A stretch of DNA of 64,000 nt from Arcobacteraceae bacterium (GCA_965224485.1 CBDCZH010000023.1:64001-128000); one strand, 5' to 3'; shown: positions 31,759 through 42,852, numbered from the stretch's first letter. Translations and numbers: made by a program. Notes: generated from the sequence alone by a model not told the origin.

Positions 31759-31983
31759 TTAATCTTTTATAAGCACAACATTAAACTTCTTAACCATTGG
31801 AATTATAAAAAGTACAGAAGGAAAAGCAACTAACCATGCTTTCCACCAAGCACTTGCCCAAATAAATAAAAAGTTATTTAAGAAGCCTAAGTTTACTAGA
31901 ACTAAAACACCTGATATAACAAAAGACATAAACATTGTAACTAAAAGACTAAATACATAAAATTCATATTTTTTACTTATCAT
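31759..31983 (-). CDS. DUF2798-like small membrane protein
   Basis: MSFVISG..W..AW.VAFP pattern. Confidence 0.7.
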   Translation of the reverse strand: MISKKYEFYVFSLLVTMFMSFVISGVLVLVNLGFLNNFLFIWASAWWKAWLVAFPSVLFIIPMVKKFNVVLIKD

Positions 31984-32356
31984 TTTTTACTTCTTCAAAT
32001 AACTCTTTTGCTACAAACATAGCATTTAAAGCACAAGGGAAACCTCCATACACAGACATTTGCATTATTATTTCAACAATTTCTGCTTTTGTACACCCTA
32101 CATTTAAACCAGCTTGAATATGAACTTTTAACTGAGCTGCTGCATTTCCCATAACAGTGAGTGCTGCAATTGTTGCAATTTCACGTGATTTCAAATCTAA
32201 ATTTTCTCTTGTATAAATATCACCAAAAGGAAATTCTATTAATAAATCAGCAAAATCTGGTGCAATATCTTTTAAAGAATTTATAACTTTCTGTCCAGCT
32301 TCTCCATCTACTTCTTTTAATTTATTCCAACCATCAATATATCTTTGTGATTTCAT
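31973..32356 (-). CDS. Carboxymuconolactone decarboxylase family protein
   Basis: FPFGDIYTR..LDLKSRE, QLKVH and YGGFP. Confidence 0.88.
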   Translation of the reverse strand: MKSQRYIDGWNKLKEVDGEAGQKVINSLKDIAPDFADLLIEFPFGDIYTRENLDLKSREIATIAALTVMGNAAAQLKVHIQAGLNVGCTKAEIVEIIMQMSVYGGFPCALNAMFVAKELFEEVKNDK

Positions 32357-32658
32357 TATTTATCCTTTTTTATTGATTTTTTCATTTTAATTACTTCTAC
32401 AGGATTAAAAAGCCACTTATTATATTTTTCAAAAAGTTCTTTTGTGTAAGATTTATCATGATGTATACGTAAGCAAGATTCATCTCTCCATTCTTCATGA
32501 AGATATAAAAAACTCCCATCATCATAAAGTTCAAAGTTTAAACAACCTTCTTCTTTTTGTGTAGGTTCTAAAATATTAAGAAGTGCTTTTTTTGCTCTTT
32601 TGAAGTATTTCTCTTTGGGATTGATTGTTGCAAATATAAATAAACTTTTATTAATCAT
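32356..32658 (-). CDS. Antibiotic biosynthesis monooxygenase family protein
   Basis: T..EEGCL.FEL..E.W....L..H. Confidence 0.82.
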   Translation of the reverse strand: MINKSLFIFATINPKEKYFKRAKKALLNILEPTQKEEGCLNFELYDDGSFLYLHEEWRDESCLRIHHDKSYTKELFEKYNKWLFNPVEVIKMKKSIKKDK

Positions 32659-32729
32659 TTTCTAACTCCTTTTGTTTAAAGAAGGATAGTAAAATTAAAA
32701 AATTAAAAGTATAAGAAAAGTTCTAAGAT

Positions 32730-33574
32730 TTATAAGTTTTGTGTTCTATATAAAAAAGGAGTAGTTTTATAATATTTTTTAAATTGGATTATAAACCAAG
32801 ATACAGTTGAGTATCCACAAGATGTAGCTATTGAAGTTATTGATTTCTCTGTATTTTTAAGTAAGGAAACTGCTTTCTCTAATCTTCTTTTATCTAACCA
32901 CTGTTTTGGCTTTTCATTATAAAGAGTAAGCATCTCTTTTCGTAAAACAGCATTACTAAGCCTAGTTAGTTTACACATATCACTTACATCATTTATAATA
33001 TCTAAGTTTGATTCTAAAATATATTTTATTCTTGAAGATTTTGTATTTATTATCTGCTTTAAAAAAGACAAAAATAGTTTTTTATCTTTTGCTAAGGTAT
33101 ATAAAAATATTTCATGAGTTTTTAACTTCAATAAATCAATTTTATTTTCAATATCATATAAGAAATACTCATTTATATTCGAGATACAAGAACTTATAAA
33201 TAAGTCTCGTTTTATATTTATAAGTAAATTTTCTTCTTTTACATCTATTCTTATCTTATACTTTTTTATAAAATCTATTACAAAAGCATCATCAAAAAAT
33301 ATCAATAAAGATTCAAAACTATTCTCATGATTTATTTTTTCACTCATAAAGTAATTATTTTGAGCTAAAAATAAAATTTCACTTGTATCTATTTGCATAT
33401 CTTTATTCTCTAAATGCAATACTTTGGAACCTTTATTTAACATAATCATCATATGAGTAATACGAAGTAAGGACTTATCTTTTCTAAAAAATATTGACTT
33501 CTATAATTATTACTTATAATTTTATATTTGTCTTCATTTTCAAGTATATAATTTGGTAAATTTATATTTTCCAT
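32730..33574 (-). CDS. AraC-family regulator (frameshift near 33485)
   Basis: C-terminal SITSIATSCGYSTVSWFIIQFKKYYKTTP; upstream ATG at 33574. Confidence 0.85.
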
Positions 33575-33582
33575 TATTAGCT

Positions 33583-33819
33583 TTATTTATTGTCTTTAAG
33601 ATTATTAATCATTGAAATATATAGTTTTTCTACTTTAGTTCTTGCCCAAGATGTTTTTCTTAAAAACTTTAAACTTGATTTGATAGAAGGGTCTATTGAG
33701 AAACAATTAATTTTAATACGTTGATCTAAACCTTCCCAAGTATAATGTTTTTCTAACTCTATTAAGATTTTTTCTAAGGTCATACCATGAAGTGGGTTAT
33801 TTTTATTTTTATCTTCCAT
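33583..33819 (-). CDS. VF530/DUF2132 family DNA-binding protein
   Basis: [34 protein letters not shown]. Confidence 0.88.
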   Translation of the reverse strand: MEDKNKNNPLHGMTLEKILIELEKHYTWEGLDQRIKINCFSIDPSIKSSLKFLRKTSWARTKVEKLYISMINNLKDNK

Positions 33820-33866
33820 TTATCTTTTCTTTTTTAATATTTATTTTTATAATAGCAAAGTTTGAG

Positions 33867-34973
33867 TTAAGAACAACAAGAGTCTTTTTTCTTAGAAAAT
33901 TTTTCTTTAAAAAGATGATAAGAAATCAAAATCAACATTAAAAGTGAGGAAAGTGAGCTAAAAAATGATGTTTCATCCATATCATGTGATATATTTAAGA
34001 TATTTAAATCAGAGAAAAAAGTATCAAAAGCAAAACCAAAAACAAGAGCTAAAGAAGCAATGGTGCTTACATAAACAATTAATGCTTTTTTTCCAAGCAT
34101 TTTATAAACAACACTCATAGTAACAGCAGAAGTAGCTGGCCCAGCTGTTAAAAAAATAAAAACAGCACCAGCACTCATACCTTGTAGCATTAAAGCAGCA
34201 GCTAGAGGTAAAGAAGCTGTTGCACAAGTATATAAAGGCATAGCAAAAAGTAAAATTACTATATATGTTAATACTTGATTATCAAAAAGAAGTTTTGCAT
34301 ACTCTTGGGGCATAAAAGTTGTAAATAAAGCACCTAAAAGAAGTCCAATTAATAAAGACTTTGCCATATCTTTAAATAAAACACCATACCCATAAGTAAA
34401 AACTTCTTTAAGGCTAAAAGATTTTTTCTTAGACTTTTTACTAAAATTAGAACTAGAAAAAACTAGGTTTTCACTTTTGGTTAAAGAGTCTGGTTTAGAG
34501 ATAGTAAAAACCTTAGTTTTTAGTTTTGTTGAACTCTTTACGTTATCAACAATATTATCTTCTTTTTCAAAAAAGTTTTGAAGAAGTCCCACTATTATTG
34601 CAATGATAAGAGAACTTATAATTCTAAAAGCTGTAAAAATAAGACCAAAAAAAGAAAAAGTGGCAAGAATTGAATCAACCCCAGTTATTGGAGCAGAAAT
34701 TAAAAAACTTTGAACAGAACCTTTAGAAGCCCCTTCTTTTCTTAAACTTTGAGCTAAAGGAATAACAGAACAAGAACAAACAGGTAAAGGAATACCAAAA
34801 ATTGTAGCTTTGAGAACAGAAGAAGTTGAACTTTTTCCTAAATGTGAAGATACAAAATTATCAGGAACTACTTGTTTTAAAACACCAGCAATTCCTAGAC
34901 CTAAAATTACATATAAACTCATAGCATCTAAGAGTTTTAAAAAGTTCATAACAAATTCTAAGGTTAAACTCAT
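33867..34973 (-). CDS. DUF318 permease (putative metal efflux)
   Basis: GIPLPVCSCSVIP, PLYTCATAS.P and FLTAGPATS. Confidence 0.85.
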   Translation of the reverse strand: MSLTLEFVMNFLKLLDAMSLYVILGLGIAGVLKQVVPDNFVSSHLGKSSTSSVLKATIFGIPLPVCSCSVIPLAQSLRKEGASKGSVQSFLISAPITGVDSILATFSFFGLIFTAFRIISSLIIAIIVGLLQNFFEKEDNIVDNVKSSTKLKTKVFTISKPDSLTKSENLVFSSSNFSKKSKKKSFSLKEVFTYGYGVLFKDMAKSLLIGLLLGALFTTFMPQEYAKLLFDNQVLTYIVILLFAMPLYTCATASLPLAAALMLQGMSAGAVFIFLTAGPATSAVTMSVVYKMLGKKALIVYVSTIASLALVFGFAFDTFFSDLNILNISHDMDETSFFSSLSSLLMLILISYHLFKEKFSKKKDSCCS

Positions 34974-34976
34974 TCT

Positions 34977-36302
34977 TTAGTCCAATAATTTATTTGTATC
35001 TATTTTTTTCTTAGCTTTAACTCCAAGCTCAATAAACTCTTCACTTCTTCTTATTAAATTGCCCTTTCCAGAGCTTAGTTTATTTACCGCACTATCATAA
35101 GCTTTAGAAGTTCTATTTAAATTTGTTCCAATATCTTCTATATCTTTTACAAAAGCTGCAAACTTATCATATAAATCTGCTGCTTTTTTAGAAATTACTA
35201 AAGCATTTTCATTTTGATGCTCATATCTCCATATATTTTCAATAGTTCTAAGAGTTACAAAAAGTGTTGAAGGTGAAACTAACATAATATTATGCTCAAA
35301 GGCTGTTTTAAACAGATGATTGTCATTAGAAGCTGCTAGCATAAAAGCACCCTCTAAAGGAATAAATAAAAGTACAAAATCTAAAGAGTTTACATCTTTA
35401 ATATCTTCATATTTTTTACTACTTAAACCTTTTATATGAGCATAAATGGATTTAATTAACTCTTTTGTATATTTTTGTTTTTCATCTTCATTTGAGCTTT
35501 CTATATAGTTTGTATATGAAACAAGTGAAACTTTTGAATCAATTACTACATCTTTGTTTTGAGGAAGATGAACTATAACATCAGGTCTTAACCTTTTTCC
35601 ATCTTCACTTGTATATGAGCCTTGAGTTGAGTACTCTCTTCCCTCTCTTAATCCAGTTTGCTCTAAGATTTTAGATAAAATCATCTCACCCCAATCGCCT
35701 TGGGTCTTATTTTCACCTTTTAAAGCTTTTGTTAGATTTAGGGCATCTGAAGAAATTTGATTATTTAACTCTTTTAAGTTCTTGATTTCTCCTAGAAGTG
35801 AGGTTCTTTGTTTTGTCTCCTCACTATAAATATCATTAACTCTTTTTCCAAAACCTTCAAGTTGTTCTTTAAAAGGTTTTAAAACATGCTCAAAGTTTGT
35901 ATTTGACTTTTTACTATTTTCTTCAAATATTTTATTAGCTAAGTTTTCAAACTCTACTTTCATCTGTTTTTTAGACTCTTCAAGAAGAGCAAGTTTTTCT
36001 TCAAAAGAATTTTGCATAAAATCTAATTTTTCTTCTAAAGTAGAGTTTTTAAGTTCAGCTTCACTTAGTTTACTAGTATGCAAAATATTTTGATTATTCA
36101 ATTCTTGCAAATAAAGATCTTTTTGAGAATTAAGAGCGTTATTTAATGAGCTTTGTTCTAAATTCGCTTCAAAATTAAGTTTGTTTAACTTTTTCTCATA
36201 ATTTTGTTTAGTTATAAACCATGTTATTACTAAGGCTAAAACAAATACAATTATTACACTTACAACTATCAATATTTCATTATTCATCTTCTTTAAAATC
36301 AC
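34977..36302 (-). CDS. rmuC: DNA recombination protein RmuC
   Basis: TM segment plus coiled coil; QGDWGEMIL, RPDVIVHLP, IDSKVSL and DFVLLFIP.E. Confidence 0.93.
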   Translation of the reverse strand: MILKKMNNEILIVVSVIIVFVLALVITWFITKQNYEKKLNKLNFEANLEQSSLNNALNSQKDLYLQELNNQNILHTSKLSEAELKNSTLEEKLDFMQNSFEEKLALLEESKKQMKVEFENLANKIFEENSKKSNTNFEHVLKPFKEQLEGFGKRVNDIYSEETKQRTSLLGEIKNLKELNNQISSDALNLTKALKGENKTQGDWGEMILSKILEQTGLREGREYSTQGSYTSEDGKRLRPDVIVHLPQNKDVVIDSKVSLVSYTNYIESSNEDEKQKYTKELIKSIYAHIKGLSSKKYEDIKDVNSLDFVLLFIPLEGAFMLAASNDNHLFKTAFEHNIMLVSPSTLFVTLRTIENIWRYEHQNENALVISKKAADLYDKFAAFVKDIEDIGTNLNRTSKAYDSAVNKLSSGKGNLIRRSEEFIELGVKAKKKIDTNKLLD

Positions 36303-37525
36303 CTTTTAATGCATCACTAGTATTTGAATGTATATCATAACCTAACTCTTTAAATCTCGCAGTTAATGGAGGATGAGAGAAATAAAAGAATATATATAAA
36401 GGATGAGATAAAGGAAAAGATTTGTTTTCATTTGCAAGTTTTAATAAAGCAGATACTAAATCCTCTTTTGAAGATAAATTTGAACCAAACTCATCTGCTG
36501 CATATTCATTATGTCTTGAAATTACAGAAATCAAAGGCATTAAGAAAAATGATAAAATTGGTGAAAACATTAAAAATACTATGATTATAGAATAAGGTTC
36601 ATTTTGTAAATGAAGTCCTAAAAATATCTCATCACCAAGATTTCCAAAAATTGCAAAAAATGCAAACATAATTAAACCCATGATTCCGATATTTTTAAGA
36701 ATATCACCATTTTAAAATGTCCTAATTCATGTCCTAAAACAGCTAAAAGCTCATTATGTGATAATTTTTCTATTAAAGTATCATACAATACTACTCTCTT
36801 AGTACTACCAAGACCTCCAAAGTAAGCATTTAGTCTATTATCTCGCTTAGAAGCATCTACTGAAAATACACCCTTGCTTTTAAAACCAACTTCATCTAAA
36901 AGTTTCTCAATTTTTACTTCAAGTTCTTTGTCTTTTAAAGACTCAAACTTATCAAAGAATTTATCTCTAATTAATGGATATAACATATTAATCAATATTA
37001 TAACAGCAAAAATAAATACAAATCCCCATATCCACCAAGCAGGAAAGTTTTCAATTATAAGAGCTATTCCAGCAATAACAGCAGAACCAAAGATTAAAAA
37101 TAAAAGTGAGCTTTTAATAGTGTCTTTTATGTATAAAGAAACAGTCATATTAGAGAAACCATATTTTTTATCAAGTTTAAATGTTGAATATAGTGCAAAT
37201 GGTAGTTCTAAGAACCAATTTATTATAATAAAAACATCTACAAAAATTACTGCTTTTAACCAAAAAGAATCAATAATAATTAAAGAGTCTAAAAATGACA
37301 AACCAAAACCTATCCAAAGAAAGAATAAAACAAAACCATAAAATGACGAAATAATTGCCATTCTTTCTTTATCAATACTATAATTAGCAGCTTCAATATA
37401 TTTATCATCATCTAATATAACTGCTTTTAAATTTTTAGCTTTTTTACAAAATCAACTTGCATAAAAGAAGTGTAGATATTTAAAACAAAATATACACAAT
37501 ATGCAATAACAAATAATTCTAACAA
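36280..37525 (-). CDS. M48 (Ste24-type) metallopeptidase (frameshifts near 37445 and 36710)
   Basis: DASKRD.RLNAYFGG, HELGH, SRHNEYAAD and SHPP. TTG start at 37525 with RBS. Confidence 0.85.
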
Positions 37526-37590
37526 AATAATTCCTTATATAAATTTATTTATTCTACTGTTTAACAACTTGATACTTCTTAAAAAAATCA

Positions 37591-38060
37591 CTATTTTTGT
37601 AAATATTCAAATAAAGAAATAGCTTTTTTTATATCCCTATTTTCATTCGTATAATACAGTATTTCATAGTTGTTTTTAAAAGATTCTTTAGTCCAATTTA
37701 TGCTTCCTAAGAGCAATTTTTCTTTATCAAATAAAGCAATTTTAAGATGATTCTTTTTATCTAAGATTTTGCATAAAATACCTTTTTTCTTTAGTAATTT
37801 ATAGATTTTATCATTATGTTTTATCTTATTTTCATCAAAATATACCTTAATTATAACTCCTCTTTTTGTGCTTTTATTAACTCTTTAGCAAATTTTTTAT
37901 AAGAAAAATTATACATTGATATTTCTATACTTCTTTTAGATGAAGCAATCAATTTAATAATCTTACTCTTAGCTTGCCCTGCTTCATTTGGCAAAAAATA
38001 TAATTTACTATTAGCAAAAACAAAAAGTGAGAATAAAATTATTAAAACTATTTTTTTCAT
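37591..38060 (-). CDS. Secreted phospholipase D-like nuclease (frameshift near 37860)
   Basis: Signal peptide and SMYNFS; the downstream frame has HLKIALFD (HxK(x4)D), GSINWT and NYE. Confidence 0.8.
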
Positions 38061-38088
38061 AAATATCCTTAAAATGAATATATTATAT

Positions 38089-38453
38089 TTAGAGTAAAAT
38101 TTCTAAATATGACTCTGGAATTCTTTTAGGTTTTCCATTTTTTATAAAAACAACAGTTACTAAAGCTTTAAATAAAAGCTCCTCATTTCTATATATTTTT
38201 TGCTCTAAAACCAAAGAGCTATTACGTTTATTTATAACTTTTGTACTAATATCTAAAAGATCAGCAAACTTAGCTGACTTAAGATAATCAGCCTCAACTC
38301 TTTTAACAACAAAAAACTCATCACCCTCATGAGGAAGTTTTCCCTTAGTAAAAAACAACTCCGACCTAGCTCTCTTTCACAAAAGTTAATATAATTGCTA
38401 TGATAAACAATTCCACCACAATCTGTATCTTCATAATATACCCGTATTTTCAC
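38089..38453 (-). CDS. ybgC: Acyl-CoA thioesterase (extra GA near 38372)
   Basis: [24 protein letters not shown], continuing in the second ORF to KPKRIP. Confidence 0.9.
38430..38446. repeat. att core (left copy, inside ybgC)
   Basis: 17 bp identical to 43204-43220. Confidence 0.88.
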
Positions 38454-38493
38454 TCTAAACCCCCTTGTTTATAGATTTTATAAATTTAATATT

Positions 38494-39648
38494 TTAAATA
38501 CTGCCTATAATACTGCCTATATTATCTAATTTAATAATTCTTGTTTTATCATCTTCCTTAATATATTTAGCATAAACTTGTAATGTAATTGATAAATCTT
38601 TATGACCTAGCATTTTAGATACCCAAAGTATATCAATTCCATTTTGCACATTTGAAATCATATGACTTGCAAAAGTATGTCTAAGATTATATAAACTTCT
38701 TTCTTTGATATCTATTTCTCTAAGTAGTTTTTTAAATCTTACATTTAAAATATCATGAGAGTAAAATGATTTTTTCAAATAAGATATGAATAGATTTTCA
38801 TAATTTCCAGTTTCTTTATAAAGCTTTTTTAGCATAGTTTCTAACTGAGGAATCATATCAATATATCTAACACTTGATTGTGTTTTTACCTCCCCTACTT
38901 TACCGTTAACTATTGTTTTTTCTATAGCTATTCTTTTTTTATTATAATCTATATCTTTCCAAGTCAATGCAATAAGCTCCCCTGGTCTAATACCAGTTAA
39001 AAACATAAAGTAAATTATATAATATAAATTGCCTTTCGCAATAGATATTATTTCTTCTATTTCTTTAAAAGTAAACGGATTAACATTATCTTCTTCTTTA
39101 ACTGCTAAAGTTTTCATTTTCTTTTTTATTGATAATGGTGACTTTACTCTTGTCAATGGATTTATTTTTATGTGATTATTTTGTAATGCTTTATCAAATA
39201 TAGAATAAAATATAGAACGATACTTAACAACAGTATTTGGTTTATATTTGTTGAGTAATATTAATTGCCATTTCTCAAGTTCTATTGGTTTTATATTTTT
39301 TAATATATGTTTCTTAAAGTATGAGTTAATATGATTCTTAAAATGTGCAAAGTTTCTTTCATAAACATGCTCTCTTACAGTTCCTTTGTATACCTCAAAA
39401 TATTGTATTGAAAATTCTTCCAAAGTTAACTCTTTTTCAAGGTAATCAATATCTAAATCACCAGTTAAAGCAGTTACAATCTCTGGAATTATAGAGTTTT
39501 TAATATATACTAGATTTTTATCATTAACTTTTAATTTAGTAGTTCTTCTATATCTTTCTTTGTTATAATAAAAATCTAGCCACCAATAATTATTTATTGA
39601 TCTTATTGATATTTTTAAATTTCCATATACTACTTTTATAGAATCCAC
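38494..39648 (-). CDS. Tyrosine recombinase / phage-type integrase
   Basis: N-terminal arm-binding-like domain; TGIRPGEL (R), KT (K), YNLRHTFAS (R), LGH and catalytic Tyr in VYAKY. Confidence 0.95.
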   Translation of the reverse strand: MDSIKVVYGNLKISIRSINNYWWLDFYYNKERYRRTTKLKVNDKNLVYIKNSIIPEIVTALTGDLDIDYLEKELTLEEFSIQYFEVYKGTVREHVYERNFAHFKNHINSYFKKHILKNIKPIELEKWQLILLNKYKPNTVVKYRSIFYSIFDKALQNNHIKINPLTRVKSPLSIKKKMKTLAVKEEDNVNPFTFKEIEEIISIAKGNLYYIIYFMFLTGIRPGELIALTWKDIDYNKKRIAIEKTIVNGKVGEVKTQSSVRYIDMIPQLETMLKKLYKETGNYENLFISYLKKSFYSHDILNVRFKKLLREIDIKERSLYNLRHTFASHMISNVQNGIDILWVSKMLGHKDLSITLQVYAKYIKEDDKTRIIKLDNIGSIIGSI

Positions 39649-39651
39649 TTT

Positions 39652-39997
39652 TTAAATGACATTTTTTAGTATACGAGACGAAGTCTCACTTAAAATAATT
39701 GGCTCTTTTTCTATTTCTTTAACTTGATGTATAACTTTAAGTTTTTGAATTGGATTTCTTTTCAAATCTACAATACCAACTGATAGAAATACTATTCTTT
39801 CATTATCATTAATAAAGTAATGCTTATTTTTAATAAATATACCTTTTTTGATATAATTATCTATAGTTTTCTCACTTTTATTTAAAAAACCTTGCTACTG
39901 CCTTTTTAGTATTTAAGGAACTTATACTAATTTGTAATAATTCTACTAAATTACTCATTTGATTTTGTAAATTATCTAATCTTGTTTCAATTGTCAT
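39652..39997 (-). CDS. Excisionase-like HTH protein (frameshifted, absent from the ORF track)
   Basis: ATG 39997 with RBS: MTIETRLDNLQNQMSNLVELLQISISSLNTKKAVAR, then after a frameshift FLNKSEKTIDNYIKKG..KHY. Directly upstream of int. Confidence 0.6.
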
Positions 39998-40011
39998 AAC
40001 TTATCCTTTAT

Positions 40012-40233
40012 TTATTGCTCTAAAAATATCAAATTCTTTTTTCTTAAAAATTCAATAAATAAATCATATTTAATTTTATTAACATCATTTATCATAAATT
40101 CCAACTGATTGCCAATGCGAAATAAAAAATATCCTATTTCTTTTTCAATTAAATACTCTTCTAAATCAAATTCAATGTCCATTGAATCATCATCACTATA
40201 TATCGCTAGATTAATTTCTATTTTTCTATTCAT
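40012..40233 (-). CDS. Hypothetical protein of the integrated element
   Basis: 73-aa ORF with RBS AAGGA, co-oriented with rep. Confidence 0.55.
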   Translation of the reverse strand: MNRKIEINLAIYSDDDSMDIEFDLEEYLIEKEIGYFLFRIGNQLEFMINDVNKIKYDLFIEFLRKKNLIFLEQ

Positions 40234-40314
40234 CTTTTATCCTTTTATTATTTCAATAATAAAAATAATATTGGCAAAAAATAAAATGGTATAAAAAGCC
40301 ATTTTTCAAATTCC

Positions 40315-41397
40315 TTATTCACCAAAATTCCTATTTGCTAAATCGCCTCTAACTACGGAAAAATTGATGTTTTTCTCATAAATTAATTCATCACCATCAA
40401 ATAATTCCATTATCTTAGACCTATCATCAGCAAGAACTATCTCTCTTAATTCTCCACTTCTTTTTTTGTGAGTCAACTCTCTTAACGTATATCTACTATT
40501 AAGCAATTTATATAAAGTCATAGGAGCCAATGTCCTACTTGCACAAAATCTTCTAACTCTATTATGAGAATACCAAGCATTTATATATTTTTCTTTCTCT
40601 GTTAAAGTTTCTTGTTTTGAAAGTGGAAGAGTTTTATTAATATACTTCATTACATAAGCTGCTGCATTATTAACAACTAACTGTATATCATTTGCTTTCT
40701 TAGTCGAAGAAGTACTCATAAAAAGCCTATTAAATGACTTTTTGATTCCATCAACGTAGAGAAGAGGAACAAACATTAAAATATGAGCATGAGGTGTTCC
40801 ATCTTCATGAGGTTCATTAACTCTATAATAATGCTTCATATACTTTGGAATACTTCTTAAACTTCTTTCATTTCTCAAGTCAGCAATCATCCTAGTTATT
40901 TCTTTTGCACCCTCACTTGGTGTGTGTTTTTCATCATCAATAAACTTTGGATTTCTTATTAATTTACCAGTTCTTGTATGTTTTCTTTTTCCATGATACT
41001 CACTTGGTAAAGTAACTGTCATAAAAATAGGAGTTAAAGAGTTAAACTTTGCCTCAGTTGCCATTGTATTAACTATATTTTGAATCTGAGCATAATACCT
41101 ATTTGGATTATGATTTGATGAAACAATAAGATTTTTTAAAGGGATATCAATATTTCTAATTTTATCATGATAAAAAGTTGTTTTTAAAAACTCATCTTGT
41201 CTCTTTATTTTTTTTTGTACTTGATTAAAATTATTTTGAGATAAACCATAATACTTTACCTTTTTGTACACAACTTTTTTATAAGTAGGCAAGAAAAGCT
41301 CCTCATTCGCTTGACGCTCATTTGTCGCTTTTTCATTCTCTTTCTTTTTAGTATCCTGATAATTATTCAGTATGTTAGAAACTTCATTATTACTCAT
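40315..41397 (-). CDS. HUH rolling-circle replication endonuclease (phage GpA-like)
   Basis: Motif I FMTVTLPS, motif II EPHEDGTPHAH and motif III YVMKYINK (two Tyr). Confidence 0.9.
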   Translation of the reverse strand: MSNNEVSNILNNYQDTKKKENEKATNERQANEELFLPTYKKVVYKKVKYYGLSQNNFNQVQKKIKRQDEFLKTTFYHDKIRNIDIPLKNLIVSSNHNPNRYYAQIQNIVNTMATEAKFNSLTPIFMTVTLPSEYHGKRKHTRTGKLIRNPKFIDDEKHTPSEGAKEITRMIADLRNERSLRSIPKYMKHYYRVNEPHEDGTPHAHILMFVPLLYVDGIKKSFNRLFMSTSSTKKANDIQLVVNNAAAYVMKYINKTLPLSKQETLTEKEKYINAWYSHNRVRRFCASRTLAPMTLYKLLNSRYTLRELTHKKRSGELREIVLADDRSKIMELFDGDELIYEKNINFSVVRGDLANRNFGE

Positions 41398-41683
41398 TTG
41401 GAATCTTTTTTAAATTTTCTAAATTAAATTCTAAACAATCTAAAGAATTAGACAAAGTATCTAAATCTTTTTTTAATATAGTAGAGATATTATTTATACT
41501 AGATAATAATGAATAAATATCTATATCAAGATATTCATTTGTGAATTTTTCCTTAGTATCATCTGGGTCAATAGTTAAAAATCTAATTGAATTAACTAAA
41601 TCCATTAAATCAAATAATTTAAATCTATTTTTTGATAATATTTCTAACTGCTTCTTTAAAAAACTTTCTTCTACACTAGTCAT
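41390..41683 (-). CDS. Hypothetical protein of the integrated element
   Basis: 97-aa ORF with RBS AGGAG, overlapping the rep start. Confidence 0.6.
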   Translation of the reverse strand: MTSVEESFLKKQLEILSKNRFKLFDLMDLVNSIRFLTIDPDDTKEKFTNEYLDIDIYSLLSSINNISTILKKDLDTLSNSLDCLEFNLENLKKIPNE

Positions 41684-41752
41684 TACTTCTCCTTTTTAAA
41701 ACAAAACTAAAATAAAAGGGATTAAATTATTTTAGCTTTTTTAATTCCAGTT

Positions 41753-42018
41753 TTAAACTGCACTCATTGAAATATTTTGGCTAGAATACAAATTAACTGC
41801 TAATTCAATATTGCTATTTTCTTTACCTTTATAATTTTTGATGTTTGCTCATCCATTTTAATGTCGTAAAGCTCTGCCTTGAGAGCACCATTTTTTAATT
41901 TTATTTCTGAAATTAGCTGTAACCCATAAACAGATGGCTGTAATTCTCCTGTTTTTTTATCTATGAAAGGAGGTCTTTCATAAATTCCAATACATTTTCC
42001 TTTTACTACTAGTTGCAT
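41753..42018 (-). CDS. Putative single-stranded DNA-binding protein (frameshift near 41835)
   Basis: MQLVVKGKCIGIYERPPFIDKKTGE has a DKKTGE beta-hairpin. It continues YKGKENSNIELAVNLYS in a shifted frame. Beta-rich, ~88 aa, upstream of rep. Confidence 0.55.
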
Positions 42019-42058
42019 TTTTATTCCTTTTTTGATAAGATTCATTAATAAAACAAGA

Positions 42059-42118
42059 AGTACTTAATATAATTTAAAGTACCATTTATTAATTAGTACT
42101 AATATTATATTAAGTACT
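42059..42118. promoter_or_regulatory. Four AGTAC(T) boxes in the divergent promoter of the element
   Basis: AGTACT 42059, AGTACC 42078, AGTACT 42095 and AGTACT 42113 (17-19 bp spacing). Confidence 0.55.
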
Positions 42119-42148
42119 CTTAAACTAATATTAATTTTAAGGGATATT

Positions 42149-42852
42149 ATGGAAAATAATAAGAAAACAGTTGGAAGACCAAAAATAAAGAATCCTAAAA
42201 GTATACAAATTAAAATTACTGTAACTGAAGATGAAAATCAACAATTAGAAAATATTTCAAAAAAATTTGGCATAAAGAAAACAGAATTATTAAGAATTTT
42301 TGCATTAGGTACTGATGATAAGAGCCCAAAGGATATCTATTTTCATAATAAAAGTTTTTATCCTTTTTCAAAGAAGTATAATCATTTTTAAATTCTTTAA
42401 AAGAAAGAGAGCTAGATTTAAGTGATTGTAATAATTACAGTTATCAAGATGAAACAACTTATAATGATTATGTAAAAATTTTAATAGAAAATGATATTTT
42501 AAAACACTATAAAGAAAAATTTAAAAATTTCAATATACAAAATTGTAAATTTACTACAATTAAACAATTATTTTCACATATAAAGATTTCCCTATATCTA
42601 AGTAGCTACAATATTTTAATTTTTAAAGAAAATATAAACAATAAGAATTTTCAATATGAGTATGATAATAAAATTTTTAAATCAGAACAAGAATTGAAAG
42701 AATTTCTATTAAAGAATGATGATATTTTTAAAGAAATAGAAAAAATAGATGAAAGTAAAACAATAATTTTATTATATGGTAAGAATTTGAAATTATTAGC
42801 TATTGCACCTTATAATAAAGAAATTACTAATGGTTATGAGCCAATAGTTTAA
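42149..42852 (+). CDS. RHH/MobC-like regulator fused to an unknown domain (frameshift near 42380)
   Basis: GRPKIKNPKSIQIKITVTEDE..LE..SKKFGIKKTELLR. A second frame without its own ATG stays open about 150 codons to TAA at 42852. Confidence 0.6.

Noticed and set aside
34299..34310. ATACTCTTGGGG match to the micro-insert tail
   Set aside because: Only 12 bp. It lacks the rest of the element and the target motif, and it encodes ordinary permease residues (PQEY).
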